DNA of 64,000 nt from Giardia intestinalis (Eukaryota): NCBI GenBank assembly GCA_000002435.2, contig CM018790.1; one strand, given 5' to 3'. Of this stretch, positions 39,349 to 47,843 are shown one piece after another. A model generated the notes under the pieces. The model saw only the letters and a program-made list of their open reading frames with translations. It was not told where the DNA came from and ran no database searches. The position numbers and the translations under genes were made by a program. Position 1 is the stretch's first letter. The number at the start of each line of letters is the position of its first letter.

Positions 39349-39750
39349 CTAGTCGGGCATGTTTTTGACTACAAGGTCTAGAGCATGGGTAAATGCCTCG
39401 TTGTTTTGGAAGGATGTCGCCGGTATCCACTCTAAATTCTTCACTACCGTGGGAACAAAGATATCTCGGTAGATGGCCTGCAGTTCGTCGCTGAGAGGCT
39501 TGCTCTCGGGCCTCGTCAAAAAGACGAACCAGTATCCACTTGCAGTCTCGTAAATGTGACAGGTGTAGGTATCTGTTTTGAAGAACTCCAACCGGGCGTC
39601 CTCGCCCGGCGTCAAGGCTACTGAACTGCGTCGCAGAGCAAAAAGTAGCCCGGCCAACATGTCCATCGGGGCGTCATCAGCGTGCTCGAAGGCGCGGAAG
39701 TACAGCAGGGCCCCGGAGCGCCGGTAGACGTAGAACTGGAGAGGCGGCAT
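39349..39750 (-). CDS. BET5: TRAPP complex small subunit, Bet5/TRAPPC1-like (longin-like fold)
   Basis: 133 aa. 'FYVYRRSGALLYF' corresponds to TRAPPC1 'LYLFDRNGVCLHY', 'YTCHIYETASGYWFVFLTRP' to 'YKLHYYETPTGIKVVMNTD', and 'FVPTVVKN' to 'VELVVKNP'. Confidence 0.65.
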   Translation of the reverse strand: MPPLQFYVYRRSGALLYFRAFEHADDAPMDMLAGLLFALRRSSVALTPGEDARLEFFKTDTYTCHIYETASGYWFVFLTRPESKPLSDELQAIYRDIFVPTVVKNLEWIPATSFQNNEAFTHALDLVVKNMPD

Positions 39751-40300
39751 AGCAAAGTATTTTAAATTGGATTCGCTTCGGAGAAAGAAAAAGGACGCCG
39801 AAGCAGCCGCGGCCTCTGGCTTGGACCCCGTGGCGTCGCCGGCCTCCGCGGAGGCAGGGGCCGGCCCGCCTTCAACTCAGCCGGACAGCCGGAGGCCGGA
39901 GACGGAGCACGGTCAGGCGGGCGGGGTGCAGTGCCAGCCCCAGCCGCAGAGCGGCTTCCTTTACTCAAGATCGGGCGGGTTCGGGGGTTCCTCGTCCTCC
40001 CCGAAGCCCAGGATCAGGTCTGCGCGCGCCGCGACGGCGTGGACGGTCTCCGGCTCCGTCGCGGTGTACGGGACGAAGCAGAGCCCGCCCTCTGCGACGA
40101 CGGCCTGCTCGATCGCGGCGTCGAGGGGCCGCGTCCTGGCCACGCGGGGCTCCGCCATGCTGGCCACGAGGTCCTGCAGCTCGTCGTGGCCCGCACCAAG
40201 GAGCCGCGCCTGCAGCTCCGACCCAAGTAAATCGACCTTGCTCATCACGGGCAGGAAGGCCGTGCCGCAGCTGCTCATGGCGCTCATGGCGACCAGGACG
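39560..40300. other. GC-rich island centred on the TRAPP-GPN intergenic region, extending into the 5' end of the TRAPP gene and the 3' half of the GPN gene
   Basis: The intergenic stretch 39751-39960 is itself GC-rich (..GCCGGCCTCCGCGGAGGCAGGGGCCGGCCCGCC..). The last ~110 codons of the GPN gene have G or C at nearly every third position, whereas its first ~150 codons have ordinary composition. At least four spurious 70-181-aa ORFs overlap here in other frames. Confidence 0.55.
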
Positions 40301-40764
40301 GTGGAAAGGTAGGAGCTCCGGGTCTGGAACTTCTGGGCCTCTGCTATGTAGACAAGCAGGACGGTGTATCCGCGCGTCTGGAGCACACGGCTCAGGATCC
40401 CTATGCAGTCGTAATAGGTGAAAAGCTCGACCTGCCCCGCGAAGTCGATGAGGAGGTAGTCGTCTGGGTAGTCTCCCAGTGCGTCGTCGAGCCACGATTG
40501 CTGCAAGGGATCTGAGAGAGCGTACTCGAGCGCATAGACAAGGGCGCCGTTTGGTCCAAGGCTGCAGTACTCCATCACGTCCTGAACCGAGACAAACTCG
40601 CGTATGTCTACAGCAGCAGAGTAGGGGATGGTCTCCGACGCCGGGTCAAAGTTAAAGACATTCACTGTTCTGTGCAGAAGGGAGAAGTGGTCCTGAAGAA
40701 TTGCGCAATACGTTGACTTTCCAGATCCTGCCGGTCCCACGACAATCTGGCAGAACTTGCCCAT
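39961..40764 (-). CDS. GPN-loop GTPase (GPN3-like; XAB1/Npa3 family)
   Basis: 'QIVVGPAGSGKSTYCA' (G1), 'VNVFNFDPA', 'GPNGALVYALEY' (GPN loop), 'LLIDFAGQVELF' (G3/DxxGQ), 'SKVDLL' (G4-like). The ATG start is preceded by CCCTAAAAGAA. Confidence 0.8.
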   Translation of the reverse strand: MGKFCQIVVGPAGSGKSTYCAILQDHFSLLHRTVNVFNFDPASETIPYSAAVDIREFVSVQDVMEYCSLGPNGALVYALEYALSDPLQQSWLDDALGDYPDDYLLIDFAGQVELFTYYDCIGILSRVLQTRGYTVLLVYIAEAQKFQTRSSYLSTVLVAMSAMSSCGTAFLPVMSKVDLLGSELQARLLGAGHDELQDLVASMAEPRVARTRPLDAAIEQAVVAEGGLCFVPYTATEPETVHAVAARADLILGFGEDEEPPNPPDLE

Positions 40765-40799
40765 TTCTTTTAGGGATTCAGGAGTAAAAAAGTGAGTGC
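40765..40799. promoter_or_regulatory. 35-bp bidirectional region between GPN GTPase (-) and coiled-coil gene (+)
   Basis: TTCTTTTAGGGATTCAGGAGTAAAAAAGTGAGTGC lies between two ATGs on opposite strands. Confidence 0.45.
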
Positions 40800-42356
40800 A
40801 TGACTTTAAATCTCAGCTTCCCCCTTTACAGAATATATGACCACTACAGAGACGCCCACTACGCCTTTGGTGAAGAGATAACGAGCATCTTTGCCGGATT
40901 GGAGCCTGCCATCAAGGCCTTTGGAGTCGAACTGGATCAATACAAACTCTCGGACCCAATCAATATGGCTCCCTTTCCTGAGGTGTTGCATGCAGTGGCA
41001 ACAACAAGTAGTAGTCGCTTCAGCAGTGTATTCAAGCGGCTTGATGACCTATCCCTGATCAAGGAAATGATATCCGAGATTCGTGCCGCCAGTAAAAGTA
41101 GAGAAAGCAGAATGCAGCATACCATACAGGTCCAGCGTGATGTTTCTGTAGCTCTCCACAAGACTCCTGCTGGCTCTGTCTCGGAACCCGATCTAAAGAA
41201 GGCACTTGGTCAAAAGCCAAACCAGATCCCAGATAACCTAGAGGAGATTGTTCGTCAGAAACAAGTGGAACTGGAAAAAGAGATGCGGGCTCGTGTCGAG
41301 GTCATGGTAGAAAAGGAGAAAGAACTGCAAGAGAGGGTAGAGCAGATGGACGCAGAGATCAAGCGTCTTGAGCGACAAAACGCAGAACTTGATCAGAAAA
41401 TGAAAAAGGAGATTGATGAAGAAAGAAGTTTACGGGAAAAGGAAGCAAATCTGGCTACTGAATACGAGAAGAAAATTAAAAGCCTAGCCAACGAGCTAGC
41501 AGAGCTCCACCAACAAAAGTCCACATACGAGCAGAACTTTGCCATTAAAAAAGCAGAGTGTGAAGACGAGTTACACAGCATTCAGCAGGCGCTCTTGAAA
41601 GTCAAGACTGAATTGGCCCAGGTGTCCGCTGCGAAAACCACTACACAAACGGAGCTAGAGAGTGTAGGGAAGAAGCGACAGCAAAATGCAGAAGACATAG
41701 TCAACTTGGCATCGCAGCTCTCGGAGGCAGGCCCTCTGATAGATAGAAACATTAAGATATTTGAGTATGTGATGGACAGCGGCGAAGAGATGATATCTTC
41801 TGCAATCCATAGGTTAATGAAGACTGGATCACGTGTAGAGAGCACAGAGTTCGAGGGCACTCGAGAGTTCACCATGCCTCTCACAGAAAACTTGCGGGGG
41901 ATTGGTGAAAATAAAGATTCAACACATAGTGAGAGATGCTTGTTGCTTGATAAGCTTAAGCAATCAGATCAGGACTCGGCACAGCAACAACAACAGCAGC
42001 AAGTACCTACAGATGGAAGTGGAGCAGAAAAGAAGGCAGAGAAATACGTCATTCCCATAGAGTATGAAGCTGACTTGTCGAAGAGCCAGGTGCCGGTTGC
42101 AGACTGGGCAGTGGATGCCCTGCTCTCAAAGTGCATCAACCAGTCATCTAAGATCGATCCTGACACGGTATTTCAGCCCCCTCAACAGAAAGTCACAGTA
42201 TATGAACTCTTTGGAATAAGCAACCATCCCTATGACAACAGAACCAGGCAAACACAGAACTGGTCCACTGACAAACTAACACAAAAGGAGATAGAGCTTT
42301 ATAACGCCAAGATGGGGTTCTCTGCCCAAAGACCCCATTCCAGCTACCATAAATAG
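40800..42356 (+). CDS. hypothetical coiled-coil protein with short poly-Q tract
   Basis: 518 aa. Long heptad-type region ('..KQVELEKEMRARVEVMVEKEKELQERVEQMDAEIKRLERQNAELDQKMKKEIDEERSLREKEANLATEYEKKIKSLANELAELHQQKS..') and 'SAQQQQQQQVPT'. Confidence 0.5.
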   Translation: MTLNLSFPLYRIYDHYRDAHYAFGEEITSIFAGLEPAIKAFGVELDQYKLSDPINMAPFPEVLHAVATTSSSRFSSVFKRLDDLSLIKEMISEIRAASKSRESRMQHTIQVQRDVSVALHKTPAGSVSEPDLKKALGQKPNQIPDNLEEIVRQKQVELEKEMRARVEVMVEKEKELQERVEQMDAEIKRLERQNAELDQKMKKEIDEERSLREKEANLATEYEKKIKSLANELAELHQQKSTYEQNFAIKKAECEDELHSIQQALLKVKTELAQVSAAKTTTQTELESVGKKRQQNAEDIVNLASQLSEAGPLIDRNIKIFEYVMDSGEEMISSAIHRLMKTGSRVESTEFEGTREFTMPLTENLRGIGENKDSTHSERCLLLDKLKQSDQDSAQQQQQQQVPTDGSGAEKKAEKYVIPIEYEADLSKSQVPVADWAVDALLSKCINQSSKIDPDTVFQPPQQKVTVYELFGISNHPYDNRTRQTQNWSTDKLTQKEIELYNAKMGFSAQRPHSSYHK

Positions 42357-42378
42357 GAGTCCCCAGCTGATTAATCGG

Positions 42379-43182
42379 CTATCTGCCCTCTGTTATAGAG
42401 GTGAGCAAATCGACATACCTTTGTATTACACTATCAACCAGCGATGCCAAGGCATCTGTGTGTAAACTCTTGGGGATAGCCTTGATCCGGTCGAGGTTCC
42501 ATGCAAAGGGAAGCATAAAGAGCTTCGCCTTCCTATGACCTCCCTTGATGCACGCAGTAGGAAGGGCATCTAAAAGAGCAGCCTGTTGTGTGGTGGGGGC
42601 ACCAATAGTAGCCGTTTGTCCGGCAACTGATGCACTCTTCTGATAGAATGTCTGAAAGTTAGTGTTCAGAGCAGACATGATGGGGTGCAATTCTGGATCC
42701 CCGTCCACTACTGCCTGATAGAACGGAATGGTTAGAAGCTCGTAGAAGGGCTGAGAGAAAAGGCACGAGGGGATGACCGCCTTTAAAGACCCCAGCCCAC
42801 TGGAGGCTCCTAGATCACATGGAATTGCAAGAAATGTCGGTAGCGAATGCAAAAACTCAAGGGGCCGAAGCTCCTCACCTTCAAAGGGATACGTAACTAG
42901 CTGAACATGCTGCTCAAGTCCTCGCTGCTTCTTAAGTTTATCTAAAATGATCCGCTGAATAGCACTGTGCTCCGGTTGCACACGAAGCAGAGAGAGCTCA
43001 ACCATCATCTTTGGGCTCTTCCGCTTTCTAAGGAAGACCGCGTCGCAAATAGCGTCTGTAAAGGTTTCCACGTGCGTCTTGACCTGTTTCTGCTTTGTAA
43101 TATCTAGCCCTGGTGGAAAGATGAGCGGGAATAGGAGAGCAGGACGCCGTTGATCCGTTGTATTCATCTTCAATATTTTCAT
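42379..43182 (-). CDS. hypothetical protein (about 267 aa)
   Basis: The track start at 43194 is TTG; the first ATG is at aa5 (MKILKMNTTD..) with AT-rich upstream sequence. No motif recognised. Confidence 0.4.
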   Translation of the reverse strand: MKILKMNTTDQRRPALLFPLIFPPGLDITKQKQVKTHVETFTDAICDAVFLRKRKSPKMMVELSLLRVQPEHSAIQRIILDKLKKQRGLEQHVQLVTYPFEGEELRPLEFLHSLPTFLAIPCDLGASSGLGSLKAVIPSCLFSQPFYELLTIPFYQAVVDGDPELHPIMSALNTNFQTFYQKSASVAGQTATIGAPTTQQAALLDALPTACIKGGHRKAKLFMLPFAWNLDRIKAIPKSLHTDALASLVDSVIQRYVDLLTSITEGR

Positions 43183-43245
43183 TTGAAATTTCAATTAACA
43201 CGTCATAAATGTTAATTTTTATAAAGGATTGACACAGACAACTTC

Positions 43246-44475
43246 ATGACTGACCAGGGTGCCAGGCAGAAAGATCCGCAGAAGGATAGGCACGAGACAT
43301 CCAACTTATCAGTAACAGCAGACTATGTTGACAAGTGCAATAGCTCTCCGTTAGAAACGTACCTGCGTCTCTTCGCAGATATTTTCCTCAGTGACGAAGA
43401 GTACGTCTACTTTATGCTCGCAATTGCTAACACAGGGCGCATAGAAACAAAGGGCGGAGCCATTGCGTACCATGTGAGTGACTACATAAACGCCATTCTC
43501 AATCAGAAGCGCATAGAGAAGGTCAATAAGGACCATAACTCGGTGCTCCACGGAAAGGGTACAGACGACCCTGCTGTAAGGGCCTTCTGTGAAATGATTG
43601 AGATAAATTTCATAGAAAGAAATACCTCGGCCCAGCACTCTAATTACCAAGCTAATGCCTCCTATCTTTTCAATCTCAAGAAATTTCTAATTACTAGCTT
43701 TTATAATCTAGATATATATGTTACCAAGTTAGAAGCAGAGCTGAAGGACCCGATATCCATGGGACATGTCAAGTACCATTGTGAGTATTGTGATAAAAGG
43801 TTTACAGAAGCAGATCTATATAAGCTTAATAAGAACGGAAATATCAAAAGCAGCACATGCCCTAAGTGCTTCAAGCCACGGCTAACCTTGGTGACCAAGC
43901 ACAACCAAGACAAGGATGACACCGCAATGAAAAAGGGAATGTTGTCGGTGTTGAAGGAACTGCATGCTTTGGGGAAGAGGATAATCAGTGAATACATGGA
44001 CAAGAAGGAGAACTACTATGCAGTGAGGCTCAGAGAATTCCAGAACTCCTATCAGAATAACTTCCTGGAGGGCCAGCGAATATATAATAAGTGCAACGGT
44101 GCAGCAGCAATGAAGGTAGCAGATGAAGATGGAGAAGGGAGCGAAGACCAGGAAGACACTTTCACGTGGTTGTCGGCGAATACAGACGGGGTATCGTCTG
44201 CAACCTCGAGCCAGGAAGTGGCCAATGTGTCAGGACTTCGGCCAAGCCAAGGAGCTGCACACACAAATTCATATAGCCTTGGTGGAAAGAAGCGGCGACG
44301 AATAGACGTCACCTCTACTGATTTCAGATCTGTCTTTAGCAAGAGAAACGGGGCGTTCTGGAGGAGCGAGAAGCTTGGTGGGATGACCGTCCTCGGTGAG
44401 TCAACAAGAAGACCCAAGTGGTTCGTCGCTATAAACGAAAAGGCACAGAGGGTATTAAATAGGGGCAAGCGCTAA
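43246..44475 (+). CDS. hypothetical protein with C2C2 zinc-ribbon (CX2C-x21-CX2C) and basic C-terminal tail
   Basis: 'HCEYCDKRFTEADLYKLNKNGNIKSSTCPKCFKP'. The spacing resembles the zinc ribbon of TFIIE-alpha/TFE-type proteins, but I could not confirm family membership. Confidence 0.4.
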   Translation: MTDQGARQKDPQKDRHETSNLSVTADYVDKCNSSPLETYLRLFADIFLSDEEYVYFMLAIANTGRIETKGGAIAYHVSDYINAILNQKRIEKVNKDHNSVLHGKGTDDPAVRAFCEMIEINFIERNTSAQHSNYQANASYLFNLKKFLITSFYNLDIYVTKLEAELKDPISMGHVKYHCEYCDKRFTEADLYKLNKNGNIKSSTCPKCFKPRLTLVTKHNQDKDDTAMKKGMLSVLKELHALGKRIISEYMDKKENYYAVRLREFQNSYQNNFLEGQRIYNKCNGAAAMKVADEDGEGSEDQEDTFTWLSANTDGVSSATSSQEVANVSGLRPSQGAAHTNSYSLGGKKRRRIDVTSTDFRSVFSKRNGAFWRSEKLGGMTVLGESTRRPKWFVAINEKAQRVLNRGKR

Positions 44476-44531
44476 CAACAAAAGATAGTATCGTAAGATG
44501 TCTCAGGGTGACCCTACACTACACTACACTG

Positions 44532-46349
44532 TCAACAAAGCTCCCTTTCCATTTCAAAGGCAATATCTGGGGAAACGAGCGTTGCATCTACGAGGGCCTT
44601 TTCAATGTTTCCTACCCGTCGATATATGATCATCCTGTTGTACAGTGCATCACCGTGGAGTGGATTAATATCGAGTGCGTGATTCAGCAAGAATAGGGCC
44701 TTTGTGTATGCAGCATGGATGTCTTCACCTTGAGTGCTGCCCTGCGCACTGATCACCAGCAAAACAGCAAGATTGACCAGTGCTTCGACATGGGTACAGT
44801 CTATTTTGGAAACAATAGTGAAGCAGTTCTTGGCTGCACCCATATCGGACAGATGTAAAAAGCAGATACCAATGTTGAACCAAATGTCGCTGCGCATCCT
44901 TACAATTCTGTCGTCAGAAAAGCTAAGCTCTCGCTGAGCAGTCTCTAGTCTGTTCAACGCAGTTAGCAGATGAATAAATGCATCGTGATACTGATGCTTT
45001 TCTATATGACAGACGCCTAGGTTGTTCCAGATGGCTGGATCGGCTGGAACAAAGAGGAGAACGCGTTTGTAGAGGATCAGTGCGGTAGATGGAGACTCAA
45101 GTGTGTGCAGTACCTTCTTACCTAAAGCCTTAGCACCCAGTCCAACTCCTTGCACTAATAGGGACGCCAGACTGGCTAAGGCCTCGACGCTGGACGGGTT
45201 CCTTTCTAGAGCGTCTGCATATGAATATGCACATCGCTCATAGTTCTGGATAAGCTCGTAAAGCCTTGCCATTGCCAAATGAGGAACTGCACTGGTCTGA
45301 AACCGCTCCGCACACTCACGAAGGACCAAAATGCCCGAGTTGATATGTCCCCTTGCTACCAGTGTACTGGCCAGCTTTAAATACGTGTCGATCCTGGGAG
45401 ACTCCTTCAATGCGTTTCGAAGGTGTTTTTCGGAATCATTGTAGCATCCCATAGAATAGTAGATTCTTCCCTTCCGATCGCTGTAGAACCAATCTGAACA
45501 ATCGGATGGATTGATTTTCGACAAAAAGAACAACGCATGTCGAGGCATCGGTGTGGCGTCAATGTATTCGGGTGGAATATTGACATCTTTATCCCCGAGT
45601 GCTGACCTGGAGGCCGCGCTGTCTTCTGTCAATAGAAGATAGTCTAATTTTGTTGGACGCATCCGCGTCATATATGCAATGAGGAGACGGGTGTAGTTTC
45701 CATGGGCTATGAAATCGACAGGAAACTCTTGAAGAAGATTGCACAAAGACCCAGTTCTCAACTCCAAGTGAGAACTAAGCACGTTTCCGGCGAAGCCTCT
45801 GACAACAGCTGCAGCAATAGTCGCCGTGGAGGAGCGGCTTCCCGTTCGACTGCTTGCTCGACTTCCTGCCCTGCTTCCAGCTCTACTTCCCATACGTGAC
45901 CCTGTGCGAGAGCTCGACATAAGCCTGGATGTGCCCCGGGTAAGAGGCTTTCCTGCCGCATTAGTTGCTGGCCTTACGAACCCCACTTCAATCTGTCTTG
46001 TTGATGCCGATACTGGTGATAAATATGGATGTGTAAAGTTATTCTTCTCTAACTCATTCTCTTTTGGATGCTGTTGCGGCTGCTGTAAGCCGGTGCCCCC
46101 AGGCATCTGGAAGGACATGTTTCTGGTTGCATCCATCAAGCCTATAGTATCTAGCTCTGTCTCGTCTAAATACGAGGCCTCTATGGCGCATTGGAGCCGG
46201 AGAAGAAAGGCCTGCTGGTTCGTCCTGTCAGTTCTCAGCATATCTTCGGTGGAGGCAGCACACCGCGAGTATTCTCCATACTGCAGATGCTGGTATGCTT
46301 CATAGAGGGTTGGAAGGGGGCTTTTCTCTATACCAGCAAACCGACTCAT
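44532..46349 (-). CDS. TPR-repeat protein, BBS8/TTC8-like, with Ser/Arg-repeat insertion
   Basis: N-terminal 'LYEAYQHLQYGEYSRCAASTEDMLRTDRTNQQAFLLRLQCAIEASYLDETELD' parallels human TTC8 'AWSYFRRRKFQLCADLCTQMLEKSPYDQAAWILKARALTEMVYIDEIDVD'. Later TPR blocks also parallel TTC8: 'WFYSDRKGRIYYSMGCY', 'SSVEALASLASLL', 'IWNNLGVCHIEKHQYHDAF' and 'SDIWFNIGICF...HVEALVNLAVLL'. Confidence 0.55.
   Translation of the reverse strand: MSRFAGIEKSPLPTLYEAYQHLQYGEYSRCAASTEDMLRTDRTNQQAFLLRLQCAIEASYLDETELDTIGLMDATRNMSFQMPGGTGLQQPQQHPKENELEKNNFTHPYLSPVSASTRQIEVGFVRPATNAAGKPLTRGTSRLMSSSRTGSRMGSRAGSRAGSRASSRTGSRSSTATIAAAVVRGFAGNVLSSHLELRTGSLCNLLQEFPVDFIAHGNYTRLLIAYMTRMRPTKLDYLLLTEDSAASRSALGDKDVNIPPEYIDATPMPRHALFFLSKINPSDCSDWFYSDRKGRIYYSMGCYNDSEKHLRNALKESPRIDTYLKLASTLVARGHINSGILVLRECAERFQTSAVPHLAMARLYELIQNYERCAYSYADALERNPSSVEALASLASLLVQGVGLGAKALGKKVLHTLESPSTALILYKRVLLFVPADPAIWNNLGVCHIEKHQYHDAFIHLLTALNRLETAQRELSFSDDRIVRMRSDIWFNIGICFLHLSDMGAAKNCFTIVSKIDCTHVEALVNLAVLLVISAQGSTQGEDIHAAYTKALFLLNHALDINPLHGDALYNRMIIYRRVGNIEKALVDATLVSPDIAFEMERELC
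45828..45929 (-). repeat. in-frame Ser-Arg-Gly/Ala repeat (..SRLMSSSRTGSRMGSRAGSRAGSRASSRTGSRSS..) inside the BBS8-like gene
   Basis: Reiterated GCTTCC/CGAGCT-type units are visible on the plus strand. The tract occupies the position of the Gly/Arg/Pro-rich insertion found in TTC8 proteins. Confidence 0.6.
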
Positions 46350-46901
46350 AAGATTTTATTTTACACTGGTGCGCGCTCACTCCTCTCATCGAGCAGCCTC
46401 GGATACTGGCAGCTATGATCGTGGGAGGCATCTGGCTGCATCAGAAGGCCTTTGTTTAAAGTTCTGTTTAACGTTTTCCAGAAGAGACGAAAGAGCAGCA
46501 TCTTGCTAGAGCTAGCAAGGCGCGCACTTTGTCATGATATTGTTGCAATTTACAATAAACTAGCTTTTGTAGTGTTTAATTTATTGAAAACCTTTGGAGA
46601 TTGGAAGCGATTGGTTTTGCCTAGGCGCCATATGGGCCCAAACACACTAATAAAGCAGTATTTTTAGCGTAATGACGCAGACATATTTGCTATGACTATA
46701 TTTTGCAAAATTTAAGGAAATTTCATTGTTTTCCCACACAGACCGAGTAATTTCGCCGACAGTCTCTAAAGGGAACGAATTCTGTAACAGTGTCAGCGTC
46801 ACCTGACGGATCGTATCACTAGTCAAGACTCTAAAGATATTAAACTAAAACATTTTCTACAAATAAAGCTTGAGAAATTAAATTTTGGGGAAGACGTAGA
46901 G

Positions 46902-47201
46902 ATGGCAACGTTTGAGGGTGAAAAGAGTGTCAGCGTTACATACATTCTGTGGTTCTTCCTGGGCGTGTTCGGGGCCCATAGATTCTATCTCAGGCGCTGG
47001 TGCACTGCTGTTTTGTGGCTTTTGACAGGAGGCATCCTTGGGATAGGCTGGCTCGTCGATCTGTTTCTGAATGCACGTATGGTCGAATTATATAACAAAG
47101 CCGTCCATGAGAACAACGCTAACGTAATATCATTAGCTACCCAAGGTCAGAACACTAAAACAAGCACCTCCTATCTTTCTGAGTGCACTCCTCTAGTTTA
47201 G
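46902..47201 (+). CDS. TM2-domain protein (short, two-TM, 'GAHRFYLG'-type)
   Basis: 'TYILWFFLGVFGAHRFYLRRWCTAVLWLLTGGILGIGWLVDLFL' is the TM2 signature: TM1, the conserved xHRFYL motif, TM2 and the GIxWLxD box. Only 99 aa, with no signal peptide or ectodomain. Confidence 0.65.
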   Translation: MATFEGEKSVSVTYILWFFLGVFGAHRFYLRRWCTAVLWLLTGGILGIGWLVDLFLNARMVELYNKAVHENNANVISLATQGQNTKTSTSYLSECTPLV

Positions 47202-47843
47202 AATGGCCAAAGTCATATCTGTAAATGCTAACAATATGTCATAATGGAAGTTGGAGTAAATCTAGAGCTGTATTATTGTGGTGAGAGAAATGGTTGATAA
47301 GTTAGGTATGGCTTATCGACGTAGGTCACAAATAACTTTAAAACTTATATAAAAGCATACTTGTGGAAGCAGACAGAAAAAGACAGAGTCAATGGAGCAA
47401 AGAAGTACACTAGGCACAAAGTCCACACATCAAACGGCGGTAATAGCGAGGAAATCTACGTTTTCTCACGAACTAAAGTTTCAATTGATTTAAATACATC
47501 ATACTATCGAGTTCGTTTCAACCAAGACCTTGTCGATAAGTGCTTATAAGGGCAGACTGAGGCCTGTCTACAAAGATACTGAGCAGTAATTCCTTAGTCA
47601 GTGAAAGAGGCGAACACGCCTTGGATGTCCAAGAAAGCCATTGTGAGAAAACCTTTTAGAAGTAGATGACGTTAAACTACAGATACCTGCATCGACAAGA
47701 GACCTGGTGTCTGTTGCACCACCTTCCAGTCGTGGTTAGCATAGAAAAAGGTAGCGTTGCATAAGTTGATGGGTTGACTAGTTTCATTGGCTGAATCGAT
47801 GATGTCAGAAACTTCATGTGCCGAATAATAAATTCTCACCCAA

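Noticed and set aside
39767-40495. Four overlapping ORFs (39767-40312 +, 39931-40230 +, 39965-40495 -, 40014-40226 -) with Arg/Pro/Gly/Ala-rich products
   Set aside because: These are compositional artefacts of the GC-rich island. They overlap the well-supported GPN GTPase frame.
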